Made by a program: the position numbers and the translations under genes
Source of the DNA: Octopus sinensis
Lineage: Eukaryota
Assembly: GCF_006345805.1 (NCBI RefSeq)
Contig: NC_043003.1
Location: 75,764,001 to 75,828,000 of the forward strand
DNA length: 64,000 bases
Direction of reading: 5' to 3'
Shown here: piece after piece, positions 13,295 through 26,595 of the stretch
Layout: each line of letters starts with the position of its first letter
Position numbering within the stretch: the first letter of the stretch is position 1
The notes under the pieces: model-generated
The model's database searches: none
Told to the model about the DNA's origin: nothing
What the model saw: only the letters and a program-made list of their open reading frames with translations

Positions 13295-13485
13295 GTTAGC
13301 ACACCGAGCGAAATGCTTAGCGGTGTTTTGTCTGTCTACACGTTCTGAGTTCAAATTCCACCGAGGTCGAATTTGCCTTTCATTATTTGGAATCGATAAA
13401 TTAATTACCAGTTGGGTGCTGGGATCGATCTAATTAACTAGCCCCTTCAACCAAAATTTTGGACCTTGTGCCTAGAGTAGAAAAT
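13295..13485 (+). mobile_element. tRNA-derived SINE, family A (diverged)
   Basis: GTTAGCACACCGAGCGAAATGCTTAGCGGT...GAGTTCAAATTCC...GCCTTTCAT. Confidence 0.75.
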
Positions 13486-14029
13486 AATAAAATATGTATA
13501 TGAAACAGTGAAAAAGATCAAGGAAAAGAAGTTAGGAAATTGTGTATGTTGGTATGAATATTACAATATTAAAGATCCGATTAAAACTATTAAAGAAATA
13601 TCGAAAAATATTGAAGATATACTGAAAAGATGTTGAAAACAATGATATTATTCCACACTATGGAATCGATAGTTGATAAATGAATAGATTAGGATGCGAA
13701 TAATTGAGGTGGTGAAGGAAAGTAGCATGCAGTAGGAAAGATGATAACAATCATTCTAAAGGTAGTAATATTGATGATAATGAAATAAAGAAAATTGTTA
13801 TAATTGTTGCAATTTTTTAAAGTGACAATAATAATAGTCGTAATAGTAATAATGCGTAGTGTGAAGAGCGCGAGACGATATGTAATACATACAGATTGAC
13901 TTTGTTTATTGAATTGAATAATATATTTCAATAGTATTTCTGTTCCTCGAATTCAAATTGAAAACTGGAAAAGATGCCTATAAACAAGAATGACAATATA
14001 AATTAAAGCAATACTAATACATAACAAGA

Positions 14030-14230
14030 GCACTCAGAGAGTGCAAATCTCCCTCAAGGCAACACCAACGTCCTCTCAACGATTAGCTGGAGAGGAATTT
14101 TAAAATGAGAATATCTGAAATAAACTTGACTGCTCTCACAAATGTGAATACTAAAGATAAACACGACTGCTCTCAAAACTTAAGTTATAAAAAACAGGAA
14201 AAATAATCCAGAATCCTTGTCCGGTACCTG
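14030..14230. repeat. Unclassified interspersed repeat
   Basis: Internal duplication GACTGCTCTCA. The motif AATCC(A/G)AATCCTTGTCCGGTAC occurs at both 14205-14227 and 14859-14881. Confidence 0.4.
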
Positions 14231-15107
14231 GTCGATCACAATGGTAGTCATGGAATGTGAAGGTGGGTGTGCAGGCCGTGTTTGTAATACTGTGTGTGTG
14301 CCGTCTGCAGTGGACAATTTACTCTATGAACGTATGAAGGTCTTCTCTATTCTATTCATTGATATACAATCTTTATGGCCATTAAGGTCTTTAGTGAAAA
14401 ATTTATCCGTGCGTGTAAGAAAACATAAAGGACCTGCATACAGTATAGTTAGTGGAAGTCTAACAACATCGTTGCGCATAAAAACGTAATTCCAAGAAGA
14501 AAATCTTCCTTCAAGGCAGAGCTAGAAATGCAATTGTCAAGTAGGTAAGATGTTTTAACCAGGAGCGATGTATTCAAAATAGGTAAAACTAAAAATTGTC
14601 GAGGATAAATTAAATTTTTTATTGTTACTTAATATGGTAGTGTTATTTAATTTCTGAATAGTTTTGCTGTCTTACTTTATGTAGTTTGATTTCTCCTAAG
14701 ATAGAGAAGCGAATAAAATTAATAATACAGAAATGAAAATAAAACTTTGGAAAGAGCAATGTCGCCATAACTTACGTGGAAACCGTGAGCGTGGTTTCAA
14801 GGGAGATAATCATACAAAGACTTGAAAGTGGACGTAAAGTAAAGTAAACATAATAACTAATCCAAAATCCTTGTCCGGTACAGAATCGATCTTGAATGAT
14901 TTAGTCGAAAAATTCGACTGCAGTTCTTAATTTGTTTTAAGTCTGGTACTAATCCTATCGGTCACCTTTCCATAGCCGCTCCGTTACAAGGAAGTAAATA
15001 AACTAACGCCTTTTGTCATGCAGTGATGGGGACAAACACTATCAAAAAGGCACACATTCACATTTATATATATGCATGTGCGCGTATGTGGGTATGTGTG
15101 TGTGTAT

Positions 15108-15250
15108 CACGAGTGGCTGTGTGGTAAGTAGCTTGCTTACCAACCACGTGGTTCCGGGTTCAGTTCCGCTGCGTGGCACCTTGGACAAGTGCCTTCTACT
15201 ATAGCCTCGGGCCGATCAAAGCATTGTGAGCGGATTTGGTAGACATCGTA
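15108..15250 (+). mobile_element. SINE family B, 5' portion (an inverted 3' fragment lies at ~14940-15050)
   Basis: Head GAGTGGCTGTGTGGTAAGTAGCTTGCTTACCAACCAC...GGGTTCAGTTCC. Confidence 0.8.
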
Positions 15251-15254
15251 TGTC

Positions 15255-15286
<32 letters not shown>

Positions 15287-15300
15287 CATATATATATACA

Positions 15301-15728
15301 TCTCTTATTATAAAAGGCAGATTTTATCTGCCTCCCTTTGGGAGTTATACAAATCTACAATATAGGATTTCTTCAATTACAATTTACCTTGCATTTTTAA
15401 GAGTACAAATCATCGCGTCATGCCAGGTCCAGTTTTTAAAATTTAAACTCCAATTAAGCAAAATTTACAGAAAACTCACATTCTGGTGTGTGTGTCAAAT
15501 GCTTTTCTTAGTCTGGTTTACACCACACGCAAACGCACACACACAGTGTGCAACCAATAAAGTGAAACTAGATGTAATATTTGTTTCTCTCTATCACGCT
15601 GATAGATACATGAGTAAAATGTATGGGAAGCTAACACATAAGTGTGAGTGAAAATGTTCTTGGAAGAGAGTAAATAGCCAGAGATAGTGATTTGAGGTAC
15701 ATTAAATAACCGTAGTGGCTTGTGTTAG
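15301..15728 (+). mobile_element. Possible non-autonomous Helitron-like element
   Basis: Starts A|TCTCTTATTATAAAAG and ends TTAG|T. The 3' hairpin is not clear. Confidence 0.3.
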
Positions 15729-16364
15729 TAATAAAGTAAACATACACTCATACATACATACATACATACATACATACATACATACACACACACACATACA
15801 CACACACATACATACATACACACACACATACATACATACACACATGCATACATACATCTATATACATACATCTATATACATACATACATACACACACACA
15901 CATACACATACGCACAGTATTGAAGCTTGAGAACAATAAGATACATTTGCAACACATCTGTTGAAAATATTATTGTTCACACACATACATATACATATAT
16001 ACATACAGACAGACAGACAGATAGACACACACACACACACACACATGATCCAGCATGGCCACAACCTCAAGGCTGAAACATATAAAAGAATAACAGAATA
16101 TAATGTGTGCATGTGTGTGAGAGAGAGGTGGGTGTGTATATTGTATGTATGTATGTATGTATGTATGTATCTATATATATATAATAATGCGGTTTTTTCA
16201 ACAGCTTGAACTAAAAGTCAGATGGGAATGGGATAAACTACTTATATTAACTTGCTATAAAAGCAGGTAGTAATTTTATCTTGTCCTTATTCATAGTGCA
16301 AGTTTTGAAGAGTGCATTTCGATTTTAACAGCTATTTTTTTCAAAGCTATATTGGAACAGCCTA

Positions 16365-16620
16365 GAAGACGAGCCTCATCCTCAAAGATCTGTAGAACTC
16401 GACAAGGACATCCTGAAAACCCTGGTGGAACAAAATCTCATCGTAACTGTTGAGGAACTAGCAGAGAAGCTTGGATTTGGTCATTCAACCATTCATTGAG
16501 ACCTGTGTGCTATCGGAAAAGTCAGCAAATTGGGTCAATTGGTTCCTCACGAACTTTCCGAGTCTAATTGCATGCAGAGAGTGAATGTATGCTTTTCTTT
16601 GCTGTCACATCTCACCACTA
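16365..16620 (+). mobile_element. Mariner transposase fragment
   Basis: Translates to SLEDEPH...TLVEQN..TVEELAEKLG..HSTIH*..IGKVSKLGQLVPHELS, i.e. the HTH region plus a WVPHEL-like motif. Confidence 0.8.
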
Positions 16621-16634
16621 CTGCGCTATGTATA

Positions 16635-17269
16635 TCTATATATATAAAACTGTAGTTGTGTGAGTGTCTGTCCCCTTCGATTAGATTCCTAACTACTCCA
16701 CACATTTTGCGGTGCAGTTTAACCAAATTCGGGTAGCTTATAGTCGTGATTCATATCGAGCCCGTCTGAGTATTAGCGCGCGTCTACGATGAGTCTACGA
16801 TTTTAAAAATAAGTTAATATCATTTTTTATTCCATTTTAATGCATAATTTTTCGTGTGTCGATGGCGGCGGAGTTGGCGTCCACGCTCACACATGCACCT
16901 GTGGGGAAGGGAGTGTAAGGAAATCAACGTCGTAATGCGTTGTCAAGGAGACCAGCGTTCTTTTAGAACAACGACTTCATGGCTTGAATACACCAAAACA
17001 GAAATGGCTAAGAAAGCGTCTACATGAGTCTACGATTAAAAAAAAATTTACCATCGTTTTTTTTCCATTTTAGTGCATTTTTTCGCTATTATATAAGGGA
17101 AGTAACTCTCTAAAAATGTCTACGATGAGTCAACGATTTAAAAAAATTTTACCATCATATTTTTTCCATTTTTAATGCATTTTTTGCTATTTTTTGGCTA
17201 TAACTCTCTAAAAATGCTTATATAGTTATTTCCCTTACAAACCCGAGCAACGCCGGGCGATATTGCTAG
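16635..17269 (+). mobile_element. Non-autonomous Helitron
   Basis: 5' A|TCTATATATATAAAA, 3' GC hairpin CCCGAGCAACGCCGGG followed by CTAG|T, no target-site duplication. The internal motif GTCTACGATGAGTC(T)ACGAT occurs three times. Confidence 0.85.
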
Positions 17270-17439
17270 TATATATATATAACATTTCTAAAACTATCAG
17301 AGAGATTTATACAGTAGTAGCACAATAATAAAGTGATGGTATGTTGTCAACTTAATGTGACAGTTCCATGAAAGGGAAGAATGCTCCTGCTATTTAACCC
17401 TAGGAAACACCGTTTCCGGTTGGCTACGACGCCACACAC

Positions 17440-17492
<53 letters not shown>

Positions 17493-17889
17493 TGATCACA
17501 AAAGTAATACCAATAATGTGAAATTTAATAATATCAAGAATACTAATATGACTAATAATAAAAATTTTAATGTTAATAAGAATACAAATAAAGCACCCCA
17601 AAGAACCAATAAAGCATGATAATACCAAGTTATTTAAAGTAAATAAACCGTACAGAAATAACCCTAATAAAACTGATTGTAATATTAATAATTACTATAG
17701 TAAGAAATATAATAATCATAACCTTAACTTTATAGTCTACAATCCTGTGAGGACAGTTTCAACAACAAAAATAATGATATTAAAAATAAACGAAATAGCG
17801 ATAAGATCTAGTTAATGCAGCTTATAATAAACATAGTACAGTCCATAATGCGAGTTATACATAAGCAATTGAACTTCAAAAACAAATAC

Positions 17890-18175
17890 TCTGAAATCTT
17901 TAAAATAAAATTAGAGTAGGGCATAGCTTAACTAGTAACCTGGCTACTATCATAGCATTCCCAAATGTAGCTACTAAGTCCTGTAGAGTTCGCTTTACTT
18001 CTATTCGTCGACTACAGAACCAATCCATGGCAGGGACTATAAAAGTCTGTAAAACTTTCCTAATGTTTATCATTTAAATATACATGAACAAGTCTAGAAA
18101 TACAACTATATGCATGAAAATGCATACGTAAAACAAAACGTATAAATGTGCACAAATGAATGCGTACATACATAC
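17890..18175 (+). mobile_element. 3' end fragment of an R4/Dong-like (RLE) non-LTR retrotransposon
   Basis: IRRLQNQSMAGTIKVCKTFL resembles the C-terminus of 53381-54315 (IPRLQN*SITGSVNICKTFQ). The 3' UTR is similar and ends in GTACATACATAC. Confidence 0.55.
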
Positions 18176-19245
18176 AAAATATTCTGTTCTTGATGTTGAA
18201 ATTTCAATGAAGGGGCCTTTGATCTTTGATAGAAATCGGCTCTTCCTGTAATCGCAAAAAATCTTGAAATAAAACTGAATAACAACATACATACTTACAT
18301 ACAAACATGCATATATAAGTTTGTATAAAAGCGAGTAAACATGTTTATCCATGGTTATATGTCTTGTGAATGACGTAGCTGAACCCAACTCGTCTCACAA
18401 CAGCAACATGGTTATTATAATCCAGGATACAATATAATCGATTTGCATGTGTGTGCGCGCGCGTATGCATGTATAATTCCTGCTATATCTATTACGTTTA
18501 TATATACATGAACATTTATAAAAATTGTATATTTACTAACACTTCGAGCGTTAATTGGCTTCTTTACAGGAATGTCTTATTTAATATATTTCCCAATCCT
18601 AGTTTAATCACCCGGTTATAGTAGTCTAGTTAATTATATATACTTCTCTTCTATCATTATATTTATCTCATCTCCAATTTTCTTAACCTCCTAAATCTTT
18701 ACTTCTGACAATTGATTAAAGTTTTCCATCTTATATTCCAATTACTTTAGTCCATCTATAAATCTGTTATTCCATTTTATTTCATTTTATCTTTTAAGAT
18801 GATGACCAGTGTTTTAATTAAATTTAATAAAAACCACATTCCTACTTTAATCTCACATAATTTCATTTTGTTTAAGATATATTTATATATTTGATTTATA
18901 TATTTGCTTATTTTTGGTACATCACTTGATATTTATACACTGGTGTGTGTTTGTCTGAATATATACGTGTGTCTGTGTGTTGTGTGTGTGTGTGTGTGTG
19001 TGTGTGAATGTGTTCATAGATGAGTATATGTATGCGTGTGTTTATATGAATATATGTCCATATATTTTTATATATGCATGTATGTGCGTACGTGTCTGCG
19101 TTTGAGTGTATGTGTGTGTATCTATCTCTCTCTCTATATATATATAGATACATACATGCATATATATATATATATATTCTCGTGTATGTACTAATATGCA
19201 TGTAGTCACATATACATATATTTGTGCGTACACATCTATACATCC

Positions 19246-19331
<86 letters not shown>

Positions 19332-20094
19332 ATGTATATGCATACATATATACATGTACATACATATATATAAATATATATATATAGTATATACATATAC
19401 AATTATGAATATATATGTATATATATATATAAAAATTATATATATAATTGATATGTGTGCGTTTGTGTGTGTGTGTGTATGTGTGTGTATTTGTTCATTC
19501 ACTCACACATACAGATATAAGGAGCGTATAACCGGCTACATGTGTGTTATTTCTTTCTTTCTAAGTATTGATATGCTTTCATATAATGCATTAATTAGTT
19601 TTCTGAAAATATCAGACCAGTTAAGCATCCTACGCAGCATATTTAATACTTCTCTTAAAGCATTACTTTTAATAAATCATATGCATAATAACTGCGACAC
19701 TATCAACCAGAACAGCTGCAATAAAACATGTTTATTGATTCTAAAATAAATGTTATTCAAGAATATAAAATAAACAACTTCATTATAATTGAATACTGCA
19801 CTATACTCTTAAAATGGAGGAACAGATAACAGCTAAGACCGATTAGTTGTGTGGCTATTAATTAAGGATCTGCAACAAGCTGGATTTTCAGATAATATAT
19901 ACACGTTTATATACATACCGTATGCAGATTAATCAACTAAAGGGAAATCGCAGCATTAATTCTAAGCATGTACACAGTTTGTTGTTGTTGTCGTTGTGGT
20001 GGTTGAAGACTTTGTAATTATTAGTTTGTTGTTGCTGTTTCGTTCCTTCCCGTTTTAAATGGAAGAAAAATGTGATCAAATGCAGTCGAACAGC

Positions 20095-20320
20095 GCTCAT
20101 CCTTACATTTTATGCGATACATATTATAATAGCTAATAAAGAAATATTGATTTCAAAAAATGGCACAAAGTCAGTATTTACGAGGATGGGGTTAAATCGA
20201 TGACATCGACCCAAGCTCTCAACTGCTTCTTATTTTATGGACCTCGAAATGATGGAAGGCGGATGAGATCCCGCTAAGCATTTTTCCCGGCGTGCTAACG
20301 ATTCTGCGAGCTCATCGCCT
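20095..20320 (-). mobile_element. SINE family A (diverged)
   Basis: Reverse complement of the head GGCGATGAGCTCGCAGAATCGTTAGCACGCCGGGAAAAATGCTTAGCGG. Confidence 0.7.
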
Positions 20321-20727
20321 TAGCAATATTGTATAATTGCCTTCGATAGTGAAGAATAAAATAAGCTAAACAGGTTATTTCACTGTTGTATCTAGCATCA
20401 GTACTGACTACAGAAGACTGTGTTCGATTTTCTATGACAATGAAAATAGAGGATGTATACTAGTGATCGAAACATTACAGAAATAACAGCCTTAGTTATT
20501 ATAATTTTTGGAAAAAAAAGTGCTATGAAAATGCTAAGAGATGTGTTGCTGCTTGGAAACAGTCAATTTCACTGGACAGTACAGATTTACTACTGAGGTA
20601 AAAGCATTTGTGTTAGACTAAATCGAGGGTGCTGATTCAGAATTCGCACTCAGACCTGTTCTAGCACGTCAAGAGTTTTGGTTATGCCCTTGCACGACAT
20701 TATAACTATAGTTTCGGCTAGATATAT

Positions 20728-20937
20728 ATTTCTTTACTACCCACAAGAGGCTAAACATAGAGGGGACAAACATGGACAGACAAATGGATTAAGTTGATTA
20801 TATCGAACCCAGTGTGTAACTGGTACTTAATTTATTGATCCTGAAAGGATAAAAGGCAAAGTCGACCTCGACGGAATTTGAACTCAGAACGTAACGGCAG
20901 ACGAAATATGGCTACGCATTTCGCCCGGCGTGCTAAC
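20728..20937 (-). mobile_element. SINE family A, inserted upstream of the Chapaev-like ORF
   Basis: Reverse complement of 1-199. Confidence 0.85.
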
Positions 20938-21109
20938 ATAGGCTGTATTATAAAATTTGATGGATGGCGCTGACGTATTGTGTGCAAGCGTCGCATAAGT
21001 GAGTTTGTTCTTCGTAGCTCTCTGTGTCGTTTGTGATGCCGTCACGTGTAGTATGTATATCTCCCGCTCTGTGTGATTACTGTTTTAACTGTCTTCGTTG
21101 TGTTAGATC

Positions 21110-21921
21110 ATGAATAGGAGAAGTTGTGTGAATCACCCAGATAACTTTTGTGATGTCTGTGGAAAATTTACTCCACGTGACCAGCGGAAGAACATTGCTA
21201 CCAAATTAAAAACTGCCTATAAATATTATTTCAGGTATATAGTTGTGGACCAAGATAAGAGGTGAGCACCTCATACATGCTGCACCGGTCTTACTCAAGG
21301 CTTAAAGAGTGGCTGAACGGAAACGGAAGGGAAATTCTATGAAGGCTTATCTCTCTTTTTCAAGCAACAAAATAACGCTTGTTCCTGTACTGACGTTAAT
21401 GCGCTCATGCAAAAACCTGGACATGTGCATATAGTTAAAGAATGGAGATTGTTTATAGACCCGAGTCAAGTTAGACTTAAAGCTGGTAATGAAAAACCTT
21501 CCATTCCTGTGGGCCATGTTGTCGGTATGGAGAAAACTTATAAAACGATGGAATTCACTCTGAAAGGAATTAATTACTGAGTTTATAAGTGGAATATTTA
21601 AAGTGGTGATTTAAAGTGATTTCCCACCTCCTGGGACTTGCATTCGAGAAATCATAGAGCTGAAAAACATGCTGATTTAATAAACAACATGCTAAGAGCG
21701 TATAAAAGAATGGGATGCCGAATTTCTTGAATTCTCATCTCGATTTTTCACAACCGGTTTTGTGTGCCGTTAGTAATGAGAGGTTCCACCAGGACAAATC
21801 TTAGATGGGAACGAGGTACCAAGACTGGTTCAATCCACACAAGATTGGTGACTGCTGGTTCCTACAATTGGAGATCAGCACGACGCACAAACGCAAGAGT
21901 AAATGTCGGAAACATTTCTGA
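21110..21921 (+). pseudogene. Internally deleted Chapaev3-like (CMC superfamily) DNA transposase
   Basis: Translation gives MNRRSCVNHPDNFCDVCG...DQDKR*APHTCC, then EWRLFID...PSIPVGH...W...GDLK, then YKRMGC..SHLDF..AVS..RFHQD...RYQ....DCW....HKRKS. Stops, frameshifts and large deletions are present. The family name is assigned from recalled motif patterns. Probable 5' terminus near 20570-20690. Confidence 0.7.
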
Positions 21922-21972
21922 ACTGAGCATATCACAAATATAGTGAATATTCCCTTGATATAAATATATATA

Positions 21973-22130
21973 GGCGTGAGTGTTTAGTAAGAGGCTTGCT
22001 TCACAACTGCTTGGTTCCGGGTTCAGTCACACTACGTGACAACATGGGCATATATAATTTCGGGCCGACCAAAGCTCTGTGAGTGGATTCGATATAAGGA
22101 AACTAAAAGAAACCCGTCGTACATATGAAT
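21973..22130 (+). mobile_element. SINE family B, 5' fragment
   Basis: Head with B box GGGTTCAGTCAC. Confidence 0.7.
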
Positions 22131-22316
22131 AAATGTATAAAAGCATATATCAATGTATGTGTGTTTTACATAAGTAAAAGAATAATATAATATATATATA
22201 TATATATACATATATAAATTGTATAAAGGATCGTAGGTAAGGCCAGGACAATTCAAAGTAAGAGCAAGACAAATAACAAGAAGGCAAATATATGAATTAA
22301 GGTAGACATACCTTCT

Positions 22317-22720
22317 ATTCAATATTTCGGTGTTATGACCCCTTCCTCAAGAAATTAACGAATGTTGCAGATGTGCGTGTGTGGAGTGGGCATGCGCAGA
22401 AAGCTGTAGCTATAGCAACCACCTAGCTTCCTGTAACTCTCTTCTGCTGATGATGGTGGGTTTCCTTTGTTATATGAGGATGGCATCAGAGATTCTAAGG
22501 TTTTCCCTGTTGCCCTGATGTTTACTGTGAATTCTTCGTTCTGGCATTTCTGTAGTTGTTTCTTCACGGAAATGTCTGCCTGCATACGTTCTTTTATGCG
22601 TATATGCAGTTTTCTTGTCATGCTTCCTGTGTAGGATGCGCCACCGTTGCCATAGAGGTCTCGAATACAACATAGGTCCTCTGACACATTTCAGGGTTAC
22701 TGATGGGGAAGCTCGATAAT
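22317..22720 (-). mobile_element. Penelope-like GIY-YIG 3' remnant with a degenerate hammerhead motif
   Basis: ORF 22355-22687 reads GASYTGSMTRKLHIRIKE...VKKQLQKC. Just downstream on the minus strand is ATTT-CTTGAGGA-AGGGGTCATAACACC-GAAATATT-GAAT (22317-22355). Confidence 0.55.
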
Positions 22721-22769
22721 GTGCACTCCTTGGAGTAGTGAAAGGTGTTCGTGTGTGCCTGTGTGTGTC

Positions 22770-23065
22770 ATAGCCGCAAGCCGACCAACGCCTTGTGAGT
22801 GTATTTCGTACACGGAAACTGAATAGATATGTGTATTTTTGTGCGTGTGTGTGTGTGTGTGTATGTGTCTGTGTTTGCACCATCACCATTGCTTGAGAAC
22901 CGATGCTGCTGTGATTACGTTCCCATAACTTAGCGGCTCAGCAAAATACAAAAGAATATGTATTAGGCTTACAAAGAATAAATCCTGTGGTTGATTTGTT
23001 CGACCAACGGCTGTGCTCCAGCATGGCAGCAGTTACACGACTGAAACAAGTAAAACAATAAAAAG
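22770..23065 (+). mobile_element. SINE family B, 3' portion
   Basis: GCCGACCAACGCCTTGTGAGTG...CTCCAGCATGG...CTGAAACAAGTAAAAC. Confidence 0.75.
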
Positions 23066-25147
23066 AACTATGCCATTTTGATCCTGAGCAAGGCCGTCTA
23101 TCTCTGCTTGTATTTATATATAAACAGACATTCGTACATACATACTTATTTGTAGTATATATATATATATATATACATTCTACATATATAGACAAATAAG
23201 CGTAATACACATGAATATTGTGAAAATATGGAGAGAAAATATGGAGAGAAACCAAGATTTTGGAGTCTAACATATTGGTTACAGCGGTTTATGACATACA
23301 TGTCAACTCAACGATTTTCTAATTTAGTCGTTCGTGTTATAACCTGAATTAGTGAAGATATAGAGAAATGGTCTAAAGTACAGCACCTAATATATATTTG
23401 TTTCGCTTTCTATTTCTGTAAGCAGAAATAATAGAAAACAGGAAAATATTAATAAAATAACATTTAACTCAGCAATAATGTGTGGAGATGAAACGTGCTA
23501 TCAGACATATAATAAGCCTTTGTGCTATGAAGTATGAGTTTATTGAAGACTTTCGAAAATATAGACAATGCACAAAATTAGGTAAGAAGGATTAAGAATG
23601 CCAAAACCATGAGAATGGTATTAAACACTAAGAAACGGAAAATAGTAGATATTTTGTAAGCATAATTGGATAAATTATAGTGTACTGTGTGCGCAAAGTT
23701 AATACACCTGGAAAGAAGAGTTGTAGTGATATACAAATCTTTATGTGGGTGGTTAATATTATTTAGTCAAAATACAGTTAATGCGTGAGTAGGTGATTCG
23801 TGGTAAGTAAGATGCTGATTGATGATTACGATGAGGATAATGATAATAAGGGAATAATTATTTTCTTCATTTGAAGTGGCAAAACTTTGTCTTAGATTTT
23901 CATACGGTTTTGAAAATATATACGTAAGTACATATTTCGGAATACTCTCTTCCTGACATTCACCACCCATGAAATCACAAATAGCTGCATTGACATACCT
24001 AAAAGAAAACTTGGATGTAAAACGCTCAGTATAACGAAAAAGAAAAAAGGTCATGAATGAGTTTGTTTCCCGCAGACTTGAAGTCATTAGTAATGACATG
24101 AAAAACAGACTTTCTTGGAATGGTGACTGCTACGTAACAATACAATTCGAACGCTATGCCTTTGCTACCCAAGTTCAGGAGTTTGCAACAAAATACCTAA
24201 TGAATACAAAAGATATTTAAGCAATTGAAACCCGAAGAATCAACCAAAAATGTCGTTTAAGCCACATTTCTGAAGAAAACAATATATTCTGTCAGTAATT
24301 ACCCAAAGGAGTCATGAAGGTACAATTTCACAATGCGATATGAACCTGTTGTTAAAACAACGCACAATACCTTCCGAAAATAAAATTGGCTTGTGGTAAC
24401 TATAGAGGATTGTTCTATCACTGAAACAAACATAAGTATCAACACAAGTAGCAATGGTGGAACTTTCCCTTCAAATCTTCTAGGAAGTGCTAACTTAATA
24501 TGCTGAATATATTTTGGGGGGACCTACAAAAAAGTGTGTCCCGCCATATAGGTGAGTTACTCGAATGAGTTTAATGTGAAAGACAAGGATAAGTACAGAC
24601 AAGTACCTCGAAACATTCAGCGACTATACCAATTACAATTCGTGGACTTGGATTCGTGACAAACCGCAAAATATAGGATTTTTAAAGACGCTAATCAACC
24701 AACTAACACGGCATTACGAATGAAAACTGTAAGCGGAAAATTAAAATTATGCAAGATATTTCCCAAATTCAAAATGGGACAAAATTTTTATTATCTACTT
24801 TCCACCGATGGAGCTTAATATCTTTCTTAGAAACTAGCTCCTTAATTACAGAGACAATCAAAATAATTTACAACAAAATATAGCGGTTTGCGTGCTTAGG
24901 GTGAGATAAGAAATAATACACAACGTTTATATAAACAAGTATGCAAATATACACATATACGAGGGCTAGTTATCAGCATACTCATAAATAATAGATTTAT
25001 GCTTCTCTAGGTGTTTTGGCGCTTCATTTCCCATGTCGAGAGGCATAGCGTTTTCATCTAACAAATTCATTCTCAAGACAAAAGTTGTCAGGTATGGCTA
25101 CCATACCTGACATCAGATCAAGGCAACTTGCAGTTAGACCGATATGT

Positions 25148-25185
<38 letters not shown>

Positions 25186-25200
25186 GATAGATAGATATAT

Positions 25201-25492
25201 AAGAAGTTTGAAAACGCCACTATATAAGGTACATTCTAATTTTCTTAGAGAATTTACTTGTTTCGGTTCTTCTTGAAAATAACGAACCTTATCAATAATA
25301 TTTTTAAAAGTTAAGTGTAATAAAAAAGTTCATAATTGTTGAAACTTGAAAGAAGCAATTATGAACTTTTTTGTTACACTTAACTTTTTAAAATATTTTT
25401 GATAAGGTTCGTTTTTTCAAGAAGAACCCAAACATGTAAAATCTTTAAGAAAATTAAAATGTATCTTATATAGTGGCGTTTTTAAACTTCTT
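25201..25492. mobile_element. 292-bp fold-back MITE (arms of ~137 bp), copy 1
   Basis: AAGAAGTTTGAAAACGCCACTATATAAG...CTTATATAGTGGCGTTTTTAAACTTCTT with a ~17-nt central loop. Confidence 0.85.
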
Positions 25493-25614
25493 TTTTACGA
25501 ATATATACCCAATCGCATGCCAGCTACACTTTTTATAAATGAATAAATATATATATATATATATATAATTATATGTATGTATATAATTATATGTATGTAT
25601 GTATATATATATAT

Positions 25615-25695
<81 letters not shown>

Positions 25696-25698
25696 TCA

Positions 25699-25741
<43 letters not shown>

Positions 25742-26049
25742 ATGTGTATGTAATATGAATTCATTTTGGTTTTTATATACGAGCAACAAATTGCTGGATG
25801 TGCCGGTCGGCAATCTATAAAGTACAATCTACAATGCATGTTTTTTTTAAATTACATTTTAGGACACTGAAGTGTTTTATATGTCCTTGAAAATTGAGTC
25901 AGAAAATTTATGCCCGTAAATAAGATACTGTGGTGAAGGCAACATATTTACATATTTTGCAGCAAACTTAATGTCTCAGCAGTGCCGCTGCCCCACTCTC
26001 AAGATATTATATATATATATATATATAATATATATATATATAGATATAT

Positions 26050-26341
26050 AAGAAGTTTGAAAACGCCACTATATAAGGTACATTCTAATTTTCTTAGAGA
26101 TTTACTTGTTTCGGTTCTTCTTGAAAATAACGAACCTTATCAATAATATTTTTAAAAGTTAAGTGTAATAAAAAAGTTCATAATTGTTGAAACTTGAAAG
26201 AAGCAATTATGAACTTTTTTGTTACACTTAACTTTTTAAAATATTTTTGATAAGGTTCGTTTTTTCAAGAAGAACCCAAACATGTAAAATCTTTAAGAAA
26301 ATTAAAATGTATCTTATATAGTGGCGTTTTTAAACTTCTTT
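26050..26341. mobile_element. 292-bp fold-back MITE, copy 2
   Basis: Same sequence as 25201-25492. Confidence 0.85.
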
Positions 26342-26406
26342 TTTACGAATATATACCCAATCGCATGCCAGCTACACTTTTTATAAATGAATAAATATAT
26401 ATATAT

Positions 26407-26437
<31 letters not shown>

Positions 26438-26471
26438 ATATATATATATATGTATGTATGTATATATATAT

Positions 26472-26524
<53 letters not shown>

Positions 26525-26556
26525 TATATGTATGTATGTATGTATGTATGTATTCA

Positions 26557-26595
<39 letters not shown>

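Noticed and set aside
18530-18575. Possible further hammerhead remnant on the minus strand (CTGTAAAG...GCTCGAAG)
   Set aside because: Both core halves and the stems are too degenerate to support.
23922-24010. Minus-strand acceptor followed directly by GTATGT (recursive splice site, or exon RYVNAAICDFMGGECQEESIPKY)
   Set aside because: It abuts a + strand exon candidate, there is no supporting chain of minus-strand exons, and a single motif hit is expected by chance.
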